Shown here in pieces: positions 1-7,835 of a stretch of DNA of 38,433 bases. The stretch comes from a virus. Its lineage: Duplodnaviria > Caudoviricetes. The stretch is from the IMG/VR virus record IMGVR_UViG_3300033067_001055, positions 1 through 38,433 of that record. The stretch is one strand, 5' to 3'. The notes beneath the pieces are model-generated. The model was not told the origin of the DNA, did not search any database, and worked only from the letters and a program-made list of their open reading frames with translations. Position numbers and translations under genes: made by a program. Positions within the stretch are counted from its first letter, which is position 1. The number at the start of each line of letters is the position of its first letter.

Positions 1-1376
1 TTAACGGCTGCACGATGGTGCATACTTTTAATCAAACGGCTACTACCAACAACCTCGGCTACGCCGCTATTACTGAGGCGGTTTACCTCGACCCACCCGG
101 CCCGGATGGCTACGTGGTGCAGCATACCAGCGGCAGCGCCACGCTTAACCTGTCCGGCACTTATCGCGGCGCGAGTGGCGGTAATATACAAATCCAGTTC
201 CTTGACTTTAACAACATCGCCTTTCAGGGCTGGCAGACGATTGCCACCAGCATCAGCGGCAACACTTGGTCAGGCTCGGTTGCTGTGCCCAAGGGCCAGC
301 GTTGGGTTAAGGCGCAGCTACGCAAGGTTATCAGCGGCACACCGTCCACCGACGTGATGACCACTAGCCTGCGCTGGGGCGTGGGTGAGGTGGTATTCCT
401 CGGCGGCCAATCGCTCATGGAGCATATGAGCAGCACCAGCGGCGCTTCCGGTAGCAGCACGATTGACCCAAACGGCTTTGTGTCCGAGCAGATCGACGTA
501 ACGGCGACCGTTACGCTGGCTGACCGCAAGCAGTTTGCTGTAACCGGCGCAGCCAACAACGGCAGCGGCCTAATCCGCATCACGGCATCCGGGCGGCATG
601 GTTTCCGCTTCAATGATGAGTGCATGATTAGGGGCGTGACTGGAACAACTGAGGCCAATGGCCGGTGGATTGTCACGCCTATCAGCAGCACGACTTTTGA
701 CCTGCAAGGCAGCACGTTCACCAACGCCTACGTCAGCGGCGGGCGCGTGTACCCGTGGAACAACAGTTACCGCGTCATGAACCGCACCCGGTACACGACC
801 CCGGACGGCCTGACCATCATCGCCAATGCCATCAGCCAGCAGACTGGCGCAGTTGTGTGTATCAGCAATCAGGCGGTGGGTGGGCAGGCAATCGACCGCT
901 TCAACACGCTTGACGGCGCTTCGGGCGTCAACAATTACACCAACACCGCCGCTCTGGCCGCTCGCCGCGCTGGGCGTGTCGGCGCTTACCTGTGGCTGCA
1001 CGGGCACCAGAACATCGGCCAAACGTCCTACTTTATGGACAGCGGCACATGGGGCAGCGAGACTGGCTTTGGCGCACTTGGCACCTTGCAAGACCTGCTT
1101 AACGCGCAGTTCCCGAACAATGACTTTGCCTTCGGCGTGGCAGCGTTTACCAGCATCGGCGGCATTACCTCGGCAACGGCGGCCAACGTCCACGGCTTCC
1201 GCATGGCTGCGGCGCGGTGGGCGACCCGTCGCGGCGGCACTGCTTTCTTCCTTGGTTACTACAGCGACTTTCAGCCCCGCTGGGAAAACGGCACGACACA
1301 GAACGCGCATCTTACACCGCCGGATTACCGCCGTCAGGCAGCTCGCCTTGGTCACTCGTTCTCATGGTATCGCGGC
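1..1376. repeat. Left copy of long imperfect terminal direct repeat (partner 37058-38433; offset 37,057)
   Basis: ORF translations 224-724 and 37281-37781 are identical; by eye 45-1047 equals 37102-38104; 19-44 and 1048-1376 differ by substitutions with no indels. Confidence 0.97.
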
Positions 1377-2078
1377 GGCGTAGCCAATGGCGCAAGAGGC
1401 CCGCAGATTGCCTCGGCTACCCGCAGTGGCGCGACAATCAACCTAACCGTAACCCAAAACGGCGGCAGTGCCTTGCGTGTCTTGCAATCCGGCGCACGTC
1501 CGTCCGGCTTTGAGGTGGCGACTGACACCGGCTTTACGTCCAAGGTGGCTATTAGCAACGTCGAGCTAATCAGCGCAACGCAAGTCAGGATTACGCTTGC
1601 CAGTGACCCCGGCGCTACGGTTTACGTGCGCTATCAGTACGGCATGGTGGGCGACTACGGCACATCTACATACATGACCTTGCGCGTCACTGGCGTTGCT
1701 GATAACGGCGCGGGGCTTATCCGTGTCACGATGGCAAGCCCTGTCACGCCAGCAACCCCGTCAGGCTCACAGCGGGCAGCGCTGCTTACCGACGTTGCAG
1801 TTGGTCAGTGGGTTAACGTGCAAAACGTGGCAGGCGCGACGCAGGCTAACGGCATTTGGCAGGTGGCAGCTAAAGGCACCGACTGGATTGACCTACAAGG
1901 CAGCAGCAGCGCAGGGCTTGGCACCTTTACCGCCAACAGTGACCTATATGCAGCCAGCGCAACGGGCGTTGTTAGCCTAGAGCTTGCTGTGCCGATCTAC
2001 GACGACCGCACGATTGGCTTGACCGATACAAACGGCGCACCGCTGCAGCCGGTTGAAACCTTCATCACGGCGGCATAA
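1..2078 (+). CDS. C-terminal ~690 aa of a tail-associated SGNH/sialate O-acetylesterase-like protein (5'-truncated; true start at 36274 on the circle)
   Basis: GEVVFLGGQSLM resembles the GEVxxxxGQSNM catalytic-Ser motif; also AVGG, WLHGHQN and a downstream His (NAHLT); two beta-rich repeats (VTGAANNGSGLIRIT / VTGVADNGAGLIRVT); in frame with the 36274 ATG via the repeat. Confidence 0.75.
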   Translation, partial: NGCTMVHTFNQTATTNNLGYAAITEAVYLDPPGPDGYVVQHTSGSATLNLSGTYRGASGGNIQIQFLDFNNIAFQGWQTIATSISGNTWSGSVAVPKGQRWVKAQLRKVISGTPSTDVMTTSLRWGVGEVVFLGGQSLMEHMSSTSGASGSSTIDPNGFVSEQIDVTATVTLADRKQFAVTGAANNGSGLIRITASGRHGFRFNDECMIRGVTGTTEANGRWIVTPISSTTFDLQGSTFTNAYVSGGRVYPWNNSYRVMNRTRYTTPDGLTIIANAISQQTGAVVCISNQAVGGQAIDRFNTLDGASGVNNYTNTAALAARRAGRVGAYLWLHGHQNIGQTSYFMDSGTWGSETGFGALGTLQDLLNAQFPNNDFAFGVAAFTSIGGITSATAANVHGFRMAAARWATRRGGTAFFLGYYSDFQPRWENGTTQNAHLTPPDYRRQAARLGHSFSWYRGGVANGARGPQIASATRSGATINLTVTQNGGSALRVLQSGARPSGFEVATDTGFTSKVAISNVELISATQVRITLASDPGATVYVRYQYGMVGDYGTSTYMTLRVTGVADNGAGLIRVTMASPVTPATPSGSQRAALLTDVAVGQWVNVQNVAGATQANGIWQVAAKGTDWIDLQGSSSAGLGTFTANSDLYAASATGVVSLELAVPIYDDRTIGLTDTNGAPLQPVETFITAA

Positions 2079-2090
2079 CAGGGGGCAAGC

Positions 2091-2306
2091 ATGGAGCAGA
2101 TCGACAACCACACGATGAGGTTTGTGTTTACACTCATCGGCCCGGCTGGTTTCGGCCTGCTTCTGCTTGCCGGTGTTCTTGCAAAAATCGTTGCCGAGCT
2201 TTGGAAAGAGCTAAAAGAGAGCCGCGAAAAGTTCATTAAATCTACTGATGCCGTGACACAGGCGATTAACGAGCTAACCAAGCTGGTCAACGGGTCGCAA
2301 AGATGA
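2091..2306 (+). CDS. Putative holin
   Basis: 71 aa, one hydrophobic segment plus charged coiled C-terminus; GGGGG RBS; precedes the endolysin. Confidence 0.5.
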   Translation: MEQIDNHTMRFVFTLIGPAGFGLLLLAGVLAKIVAELWKELKESREKFIKSTDAVTQAINELTKLVNGSQR

Positions 2307-2491
2307 ACATCACCGACTTTATGCTCAAGGCGCTGCAAATCAAACCGACCTGCAAAAGCCGCATGGACGACGCTGTGCAGGGGCTTCAAGCGGCTGTGCT
2401 TAACCTCAATCTGGCTGTGCATGGCGCTACGATGCGGCCGATTCACGTTGAGGCGCACAGCGACCGGCCCAAGCGCAAGGCCAAGCCGTGA
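2303..2491 (+). CDS. Hypothetical protein in the lysis cassette
   Basis: 4-bp start/stop overlaps with both neighbours. Confidence 0.6.
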   Translation: MNITDFMLKALQIKPTCKSRMDDAVQGLQAAVLNLNLAVHGATMRPIHVEAHSDRPKRKAKP

Positions 2492-2940
2492 ACGATCGGC
2501 GCATCAATAAAGCCGGGCTGCAACTGATTAAAGACTTTGAGGGCTTGAAGCTCACCGCTTACAAATGCCCTGCTGGCGTTTGGACTATCGGTTACGGCAG
2601 TACCGGCCCGCATGTTCGGCCCGGTATGACTATCACGCCGCGAGAAGCTAGTGAGTTGCTGACCGCTGACCTCTTGCGTTTCGAGCGAGCTGTGACACGA
2701 TTGGTCAAGATGCCGCTGAATGACAATCAGTTTGCCGCACTTGTGAGCTTCGCCTTTAACGTCGGCGAGGCAGCGCTGGAAAAATCAACCTTACTAAAGC
2801 ACCTCAACGCTGGCCGGATTGCAATGGCCGCGCAGGAGTTTCTGCGCTGGAACAAAGCCGGGGGCAAAGTGCTTGCTGGCCTTGTGCGCCGCCGCGAGGC
2901 CGAGCGCCTGCTGTTTAATACTCCACCGCCGACAGGATAA
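2488..2940 (+). CDS. Endolysin, GH24 phage lysozyme
   Basis: FEGLKLTAYKCPAGVWTIGYG, FAALVSFAFNVG, GLVRRREAER motifs. Confidence 0.95.
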   Translation: MNDRRINKAGLQLIKDFEGLKLTAYKCPAGVWTIGYGSTGPHVRPGMTITPREASELLTADLLRFERAVTRLVKMPLNDNQFAALVSFAFNVGEAALEKSTLLKHLNAGRIAMAAQEFLRWNKAGGKVLAGLVRRREAERLLFNTPPPTG

Positions 2941-2957
2941 CAAAAACAGGGGGCTGC

Positions 2958-3971
2958 ATGGGCTACGAAACCAGCGAAATACAAGAACTGGTGAGGCAAC
3001 ATGGTAGTATCAGAAAAGCCGCCGAAGCATCCGGCATAGACCGGCGCACCATCCAACGCAAACTCAATGGCGATAACCGCACCGACAGCCGGCCATATGA
3101 GGTTGCTGCGCTGCCTGAAGGCGACATACCCATTGAGGATATAATTAGCGCCAAAGAGCGCCAGTTTGAGGCTGTGCAGGCCCGCAAAAAGGCCGAGATG
3201 TGGCGCGAGACCAGCATCAAGATTAAAGGCCCGGTTGGCATACTCTGGTTTGGCGATCCGCATCTTGATGATAACGGCTGTAACATAAAGCTGGTTAAAC
3301 GTGACTTAGCCATAGCGCGAAGCTCACCGGCAATACTTGCTGCCAACCTTGGGGACACTTTGAACAATTGGGTGGGCGGCCTGCAAAAGCTTTACGCGCA
3401 TCAGGATATGGGTGAAAGCCGTGCCATGCGTATGGCGCGGTGGTTTACCGAATCTGCCCCTTGGTGGCTTTGGATATACGGAAACCACTGCTTATGGCCC
3501 ACGGCCAACACTAACCTGATGAAGCACTTTGCCAGCGAAGCCAGTGGCATTACGCAGGACTGGCAGGCGCGGGTGCAGCTTAACTTCCCCAACGGCCGCA
3601 AGAGCAAAATCCACGCGGCGCACAACTTCCCCGGCCATAGCCAATACAACAAGCTACACGGCCCTATGAAGAAGGCAGGCAAGTCACCGGCTGATCTGCT
3701 GATATGCGGCGACAAGCACTGCTGGGCGCTGCAGCAGGATGAGGATGCCGAGAGCGGCCATGTGCAGTGGTTTGCGCGGGCGCGGGGCTACAAGTTCATT
3801 GACAGCTATGGGGAGCAGCTTGGCTATGACAGCCAGCAGTATGGCGCAGCGATTATGTCTGTCTATGACCCCGGCAATTCTGGCCCTGGATTCTTGCAGT
3901 GTTTTGCCGATGCTACCGAGGGCGCTGAGTTTCTCAAGTGGAAGCGCGACCGCTGGGAGGCTGGACGATGA
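2958..3971 (+). CDS. Calcineurin-like metallophosphoesterase with N-terminal HTH
   Basis: GDPH, LGD, GNH, AAH and GDKH metal-binding motifs; N-terminal GSIRKAAEASGIDRRTIQRK HTH. Confidence 0.8.
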   Translation: MGYETSEIQELVRQHGSIRKAAEASGIDRRTIQRKLNGDNRTDSRPYEVAALPEGDIPIEDIISAKERQFEAVQARKKAEMWRETSIKIKGPVGILWFGDPHLDDNGCNIKLVKRDLAIARSSPAILAANLGDTLNNWVGGLQKLYAHQDMGESRAMRMARWFTESAPWWLWIYGNHCLWPTANTNLMKHFASEASGITQDWQARVQLNFPNGRKSKIHAAHNFPGHSQYNKLHGPMKKAGKSPADLLICGDKHCWALQQDEDAESGHVQWFARARGYKFIDSYGEQLGYDSQQYGAAIMSVYDPGNSGPGFLQCFADATEGAEFLKWKRDRWEAGR

Positions 3972-4060
3972 GTGAACACCCTGACGTGAAAATCGTGCGG
4001 CGCGGTGGCAGAATCTACATTGTTAAAAAGAAGCCAGCCAAGGGAGGGAAGAAAAAATGA
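3968..4060 (+). CDS. 30-aa basic peptide resembling Zn-free ribosomal protein bL36 (MSEHPDVKIVRRGGRIYIVKKKPAKGGKKK); absent from the ORF track
   Basis: GGGAGG RBS at 3955-3960; ATGA overlaps with both upstream stop and downstream start; HPDxxIVRRxGRIYI matches the remembered bL36-B/YkgO core. Confidence 0.6.
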   Translation: MSEHPDVKIVRRGGRIYIVKKKPAKGGKKK

Positions 4061-4287
4061 GCGACATTCTACAGTTTCCCCGACACTTGCCGACGCCAAA
4101 CGGCTCTGAAGAAATAAACATTCATAAGGTGCTGGCAAATGCCAAGGCTTATGTCCTGATTGCGCTAGATCACGAAGATCAGATTCAGTCGTTTACCACC
4201 TTTGCGCGGGAGGATGATTTTCTTAACGCGCTCGATAAGGGCGAGGAAGCAATGCAGGGAAAGTTTAACGACGGGTTTGAGTCATGA
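4057..4287 (+). CDS. Hypothetical acidic protein
   Basis: GGAGG RBS; ATGA coupling on both sides; N-terminal ILQFP typical of small phage proteins. Confidence 0.7.
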   Translation: MSDILQFPRHLPTPNGSEEINIHKVLANAKAYVLIALDHEDQIQSFTTFAREDDFLNALDKGEEAMQGKFNDGFES

Positions 4288-4625
4288 TGGCTGCTCTTAC
4301 CTTCATCCTGCGCTATCGGAAACTCTTAGCGGCTGGCGCTGTGGCCGTTATAATTGCCGGGCTGCTGTTTATTAACTACGTGCAGCGGGCCAGCCTTGAC
4401 GTTTGCGACATGGAGCGGGCAGCAATGGCGCAGGCTGCCGAGCAGATGCGCAAGAATAACGAACAGGCCGCCAAGCGCATTTTAGAGCAGGAGCGCCAGT
4501 TACGGCGCAGGGAACGCGAAGTCATTAGGGAGATTAGTGATGAAAGTAATTCTGCTGGCGTTGGCGCTGCTGATTTTATCGGGATGCTCTGCAATCAGGG
4601 GGCTGCCGGTTGCTCTACCCGTTGA
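4284..4625 (+). CDS. Rz-like inner-membrane spanin
   Basis: N-terminal TM helix followed by coiled coil; overlaps a lipoprotein gene. Confidence 0.7.
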   Translation: MMAALTFILRYRKLLAAGAVAVIIAGLLFINYVQRASLDVCDMERAAMAQAAEQMRKNNEQAAKRILEQERQLRRREREVIREISDESNSAGVGAADFIGMLCNQGAAGCSTR

Positions 4626-4785
4626 GCTGGTGGCGGTGCCGCCTGAGCCATTGGCTCCCGATCCGACAACGCTGCCAAATACGCCAATCCCGCAGCCGGT
4701 AGCGGCCTATTGCGCCGGGTTGTTTTTTGCCTATCAGCAGGCAGCCGCCCAGCTCCGGGAGATTGAGGCTCTGCAGCCTAAGTGA
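4537..4785 (+). CDS. Rz1-like outer-membrane spanin lipoprotein
   Basis: LSGC lipobox, Pro-rich mature part, overlaps the i-spanin 3' end in another frame. Confidence 0.7.
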   Translation: MMKVILLALALLILSGCSAIRGLPVALPVELVAVPPEPLAPDPTTLPNTPIPQPVAAYCAGLFFAYQQAAAQLREIEALQPK

Positions 4786-4802
4786 TTGGCCCAAAAGGCC
4801 AA
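4786..4802. terminator. Hairpin between convergent late and early transcription
   Basis: TTGGCC-CAAAA-GGCCAA inverted repeat right after the spanin stop. Confidence 0.4.
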
Positions 4803-4807
4803 CAAAA

Positions 4808-4837
4808 GTTCAAACTCTCCCTTGACTTGTTCAAACT
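4808..4837. repeat. Two GTTCAAACT direct repeats 21 bp apart; candidate integrase arm-type sites (att remnant)
   Basis: Copies at 4808-4816 and 4829-4837, adjacent to the truncated integrase. Confidence 0.45.
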
Positions 4838-4968
4838 GCCATTGATATATAAGGATAACTTGGGGGATCGTCTAACGGCACAGACATGCAGCCCGGCCTG
4901 CGCCAGTAAAACCACGTCCGGCCATTGCGGCTGATGCGGTTGACGTATTTAAGCCTGACGAAACTCAC
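4831..4968 (-). pseudogene. Truncated tyrosine-integrase N-terminus (arm-binding region only)
   Basis: GTG-started MSFVRLKYVNRISRNGRTWFYWRRPGCMSVPLDDP resembles alphaproteobacterial integrase N-termini; follows the excisionase; stops after 45 aa. Confidence 0.65.
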
Positions 4969-5179
4969 GCGCTGCCTCGATCCATTCGTTTGCCTGCTGA
5001 TGAGCGCTGCCATTGAGGAAACTGTCAAGCTCTGTGCGCGGAATAATGATGCACCGGCCAGCTCGACGGGCCTGAATCTCCCCGGCGTTAACCATCTGGC
5101 GCAACTTTGTTTCGCTGATTGCCAGATACTTGGCTGCATCACGCGGGCGCATTGCTGCTGGTGTCATGCGGTCACTCAT
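4949..5179 (-). CDS. Excisionase-like HTH protein
   Basis: MRPRDAAKYLAISETKLRQMVNAGEIQARRAGRCIIIPRTELDSFL pattern; ATG at 5179 overlaps the upstream stop. Confidence 0.85.
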   Translation of the reverse strand: MSDRMTPAAMRPRDAAKYLAISETKLRQMVNAGEIQARRAGRCIIIPRTELDSFLNGSAHQQANEWIEAAREFRQA

Positions 5180-5421
5180 TGCGACCTCCCGGTGCCGTCT
5201 GGCTCGGTCGGCTCGTAATACTTCTGCCTGTAAAGCTCTCCAAAAATAGCCTCGCAAAACGAATAAATCTCGGTAACTTCTGTATCCAAAACAAGTTTAA
5301 AAATTTCCACCTGTGGCCCGATTGGAGTATCTACTTTTATGGCGTAAGACGCGCGCTTTTGTATCGTCTCGATAGTTTTCTCAAACTCAGCCAATCGTCT
5401 AAGTGCTTCATCCTTGTCCAT
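5176..5421 (-). CDS. Hypothetical protein
   Basis: GGGAGGG RBS, TGATG coupling. Confidence 0.65.
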   Translation of the reverse strand: MDKDEALRRLAEFEKTIETIQKRASYAIKVDTPIGPQVEIFKLVLDTEVTEIYSFCEAIFGELYRQKYYEPTEPDGTGRSQ

Positions 5422-5690
5422 CACACCCTCCCGCAATACTTACAGCAAGTGCGGCACTCTATGGCAGTCTTGCTAACTCGCTCTAAGTATTTAACCGGCT
5501 TGTGCCAGATACCGAAGCAGAGCGGCAGCTTTACAGTTACTCTTTCTTTTGAGTATTGAAGCATGGCAGTGTTACATATCGTTTCGGCCAACAAGCTGTA
5601 GCTTTCTTTTGTGGCAACGTATATGTCGCGCAGGTTTTTATTAGCCTCGATCACGCTGTCTTGGATTTTCCTCAAGTCTTGGTAACTCAT
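5421..5690 (-). CDS. Hypothetical protein with C-terminal Cys cluster
   Basis: Start MSYQD at 5690 coupled to the upstream stop; CFGIWH...CCKYCG. Confidence 0.6.
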   Translation of the reverse strand: MSYQDLRKIQDSVIEANKNLRDIYVATKESYSLLAETICNTAMLQYSKERVTVKLPLCFGIWHKPVKYLERVSKTAIECRTCCKYCGRV

Positions 5691-6310
5691 CACACCCTCC
5701 CGGTGCCGTTGCATCGCCAGCAAGGTTGGTCGCGGTTAGGTGACCACCACGCTATGCCGCTACCACCGCACGTTCCGCACACCTTGGCTGGCTCGGCTGT
5801 CTGCGCGAGGGCGGCTTTTCCTGTGCCGTTGCATGATTTACAGCCGCAATCACTAATTAAACTGTGGCCTCCACCGCTGCACACATGGCAAACTGCTTCT
5901 AAATTGTTCAGTGCAGTCTTTGCTTCAATAAATGCTTTCACACGATACTCTGTGTGCTGCATGTCTTGGTTATCCCAATTAGCTTTTATCCATTCCAACG
6001 CCTCCCGCAGCCGCTTATTCGCGGCTTCCAGCGCGGCGATACCAGTTTTACACATTTCATCTGGGCAGCAGCCTTCTTCACCGCATGAGCCGCAAAGCAT
6101 ACAGTATGGGCTATTTAGCCGTTCTTCCAACTCGGCAATCTTCTCCGCTTGCGCGCCGATGTGGGCGCGGAGGTCTGCTAGAGTTTGCCTGCGTTCCGCA
6201 TAACCAGCTTCGATTGAGACTGGTAGTGGAGATTTACGCTCACGCCATAGCGCTAGTTTGTCAAACAGCAGTTCCACCTCATCCGGCAGCGGGGCTTTGG
6301 GGTCGGTCAT
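5690..6310 (-). CDS. Mosaic hypothetical protein with DnaJ-type CxxCxGxG zinc-finger repeats
   Basis: CHVCSGGG, CKSCNGTG, CGTCGGSG, CWRCNGTG. Confidence 0.7.
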   Translation of the reverse strand: MTDPKAPLPDEVELLFDKLALWRERKSPLPVSIEAGYAERRQTLADLRAHIGAQAEKIAELEERLNSPYCMLCGSCGEEGCCPDEMCKTGIAALEAANKRLREALEWIKANWDNQDMQHTEYRVKAFIEAKTALNNLEAVCHVCSGGGHSLISDCGCKSCNGTGKAALAQTAEPAKVCGTCGGSGIAWWSPNRDQPCWRCNGTGRV

Positions 6311-6684
6311 TTGACTATCTCCTGAACAATACGATAAATGTTACGCGCTTCCTCAACGCTGCGGATTTGCGCTGTGTGATACTTCCGACCAATTTTGTCA
6401 CCAACGATTTTATAAATCTCACTACGGCCATACTTGCCGGACTTCCAAAGAGGGTCTAGCAATGCGTGAATATGCTTCCGAGCGTTCTTTAATTCAGCGT
6501 TTGGTATGCAGCCAAGCGGCCTTGTCGGGTTCTTAGTTTTCCAATGGCAGCCGACATGATTACGGCAAAGACCACAGCGCCAAAATGGAAGGGTTGCTAG
6601 GTCTGGCCTATGAGGATAAACCTCCGCGCCATATACCAACGACGCATCTACTTTGCCTGCACACTCGACGCAATAAATCTTCAC
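6307..6684 (-). CDS. DUF3268-like zinc-finger protein
   Basis: CVEC...YPHRPDL...CGLCRNHVGCH...PLG...ARKHIHALLDPLWKSG. Confidence 0.75.
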   Translation of the reverse strand: MKIYCVECAGKVDASLVYGAEVYPHRPDLATLPFWRCGLCRNHVGCHWKTKNPTRPLGCIPNAELKNARKHIHALLDPLWKSGKYGRSEIYKIVGDKIGRKYHTAQIRSVEEARNIYRIVQEIVK

Positions 6685-6686
6685 CC

Positions 6687-7265
6687 CTACCCCCTGTATT
6701 TCTTGACTGCCGCTACAAAATCTCTTGCAGCCTGAGCTTCATCATCTTGACTAGTATATTTGCCGGACACCCACTTGCGAATAAACTCCATCGCCTCCCG
6801 CTCAAGCTCCGCGTCGGTCATCGCTGGCTGGCGGGTGATGGTGAAGCCAGCGGCGGATAAGTGCTTGATAACCTCTACCGGAGCAGGATAGCTGAAATCT
6901 TCAATGCTCTGGCTTTTAGCCAAAGCCTCGTTCATGGCCTCAACAGCATACGGGCAGGGCTTGAGCGGGGTGGGGAGCAGTTTCCTTAAAGCGTTTATGT
7001 AATTGCCTGTGTTGGGTAAATCTTTCCACTTTGGGCTATCCCAGCGGTCAACAACAGCTTGGCTCGCAGCCCGCAACTGCTCAAGCTCGGCCAGCGCGGC
7101 TTCGATGGCGAGAGCAGGATTTACCCCGTATTTCTTGGTAAAATCGCGCCACTTCTCGTCCACTCTAAACGTAGAGTTCTCAATAGCCTCCAGCAGCTTT
7201 TCGTCCGTGATGGTCATCGCCTTCCCCTCAATCTCCGCAGCAGCGGCAGCAAGTTCGGTGGTCAT
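6687..7265 (-). CDS. Mosaic hypothetical protein, partial paralog of 12121-12405
   Basis: Shares MTITDEKL, EAALAELEQLRAA and KLLPTP blocks. Confidence 0.7.
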   Translation of the reverse strand: MTTELAAAAAEIEGKAMTITDEKLLEAIENSTFRVDEKWRDFTKKYGVNPALAIEAALAELEQLRAASQAVVDRWDSPKWKDLPNTGNYINALRKLLPTPLKPCPYAVEAMNEALAKSQSIEDFSYPAPVEVIKHLSAAGFTITRQPAMTDAELEREAMEFIRKWVSGKYTSQDDEAQAARDFVAAVKKYRG

Positions 7266-7495
7266 TTTACACCCCTCCAATCCGGCGTTAACCCACCCGC
7301 CGCCACAAGGTAACGAGTGTTAAGCTTGCGGTACGGGAATAGCTGGCTTTTGAACGGCCTCGGCGGCTTTGGCATCTCAATGCTAAACTTAACCGTTGGC
7401 GCTTCCAGCAGCATTTCTGCATCCAGCCGCCCATACGCTGCGGCGAAGTTAGCGGCTTCAATCATGCTTAGTTCAAGCTTGCTGATAGTGTTCAT
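7262..7495 (-). CDS. Hypothetical protein
   Basis: ATGA overlaps on both sides. Confidence 0.6.
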   Translation of the reverse strand: MNTISKLELSMIEAANFAAAYGRLDAEMLLEAPTVKFSIEMPKPPRPFKSQLFPYRKLNTRYLVAAGGLTPDWRGVK

Positions 7496-7794
7496 ACCCA
7501 CAACCTCCGCCAGTTTTCCAGCCTGCGATCTGCCTCGTCGTCCTCGTCAGCAATCTCCTCTGCGCGGCCTTCGATAAACAATCCCACCTGATTGCGCGGC
7601 GTGTAGCTGGTGGTAACGCTCTTGTCGGCATGAACGGACACTTCCAGCAAGCCAAGGCAATCAGCGACAAGTCTGTTATCGCCTTCGTCAAAAACTACCT
7701 TGGCGGCAATGGCCTCGATGTATTCGTCCAGCGTGTCCCAGCCAGTTTCTTGGGCAGTTCCGTTAACGTGTACTTCGTAAAGTGTGCTTGGCAT
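7492..7794 (-). CDS. Hypothetical acidic protein
   Basis: Preceded by the GGAGGGTAACATG motif. Confidence 0.75.
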   Translation of the reverse strand: MPSTLYEVHVNGTAQETGWDTLDEYIEAIAAKVVFDEGDNRLVADCLGLLEVSVHADKSVTTSYTPRNQVGLFIEGRAEEIADEDDEADRRLENWRRLWV

Positions 7795-7835
7795 GTTACC
7801 CTCCAGTTGTCAGTTGATGCCGTAACCTTGCGCCG

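Noticed and set aside
1048-1376. Diversity-generating retroelement TR/VR pair (with 38105-38433)
   Set aside because: Differences are not adenine-specific, are largely synonymous third-position changes, and no reverse transcriptase is present
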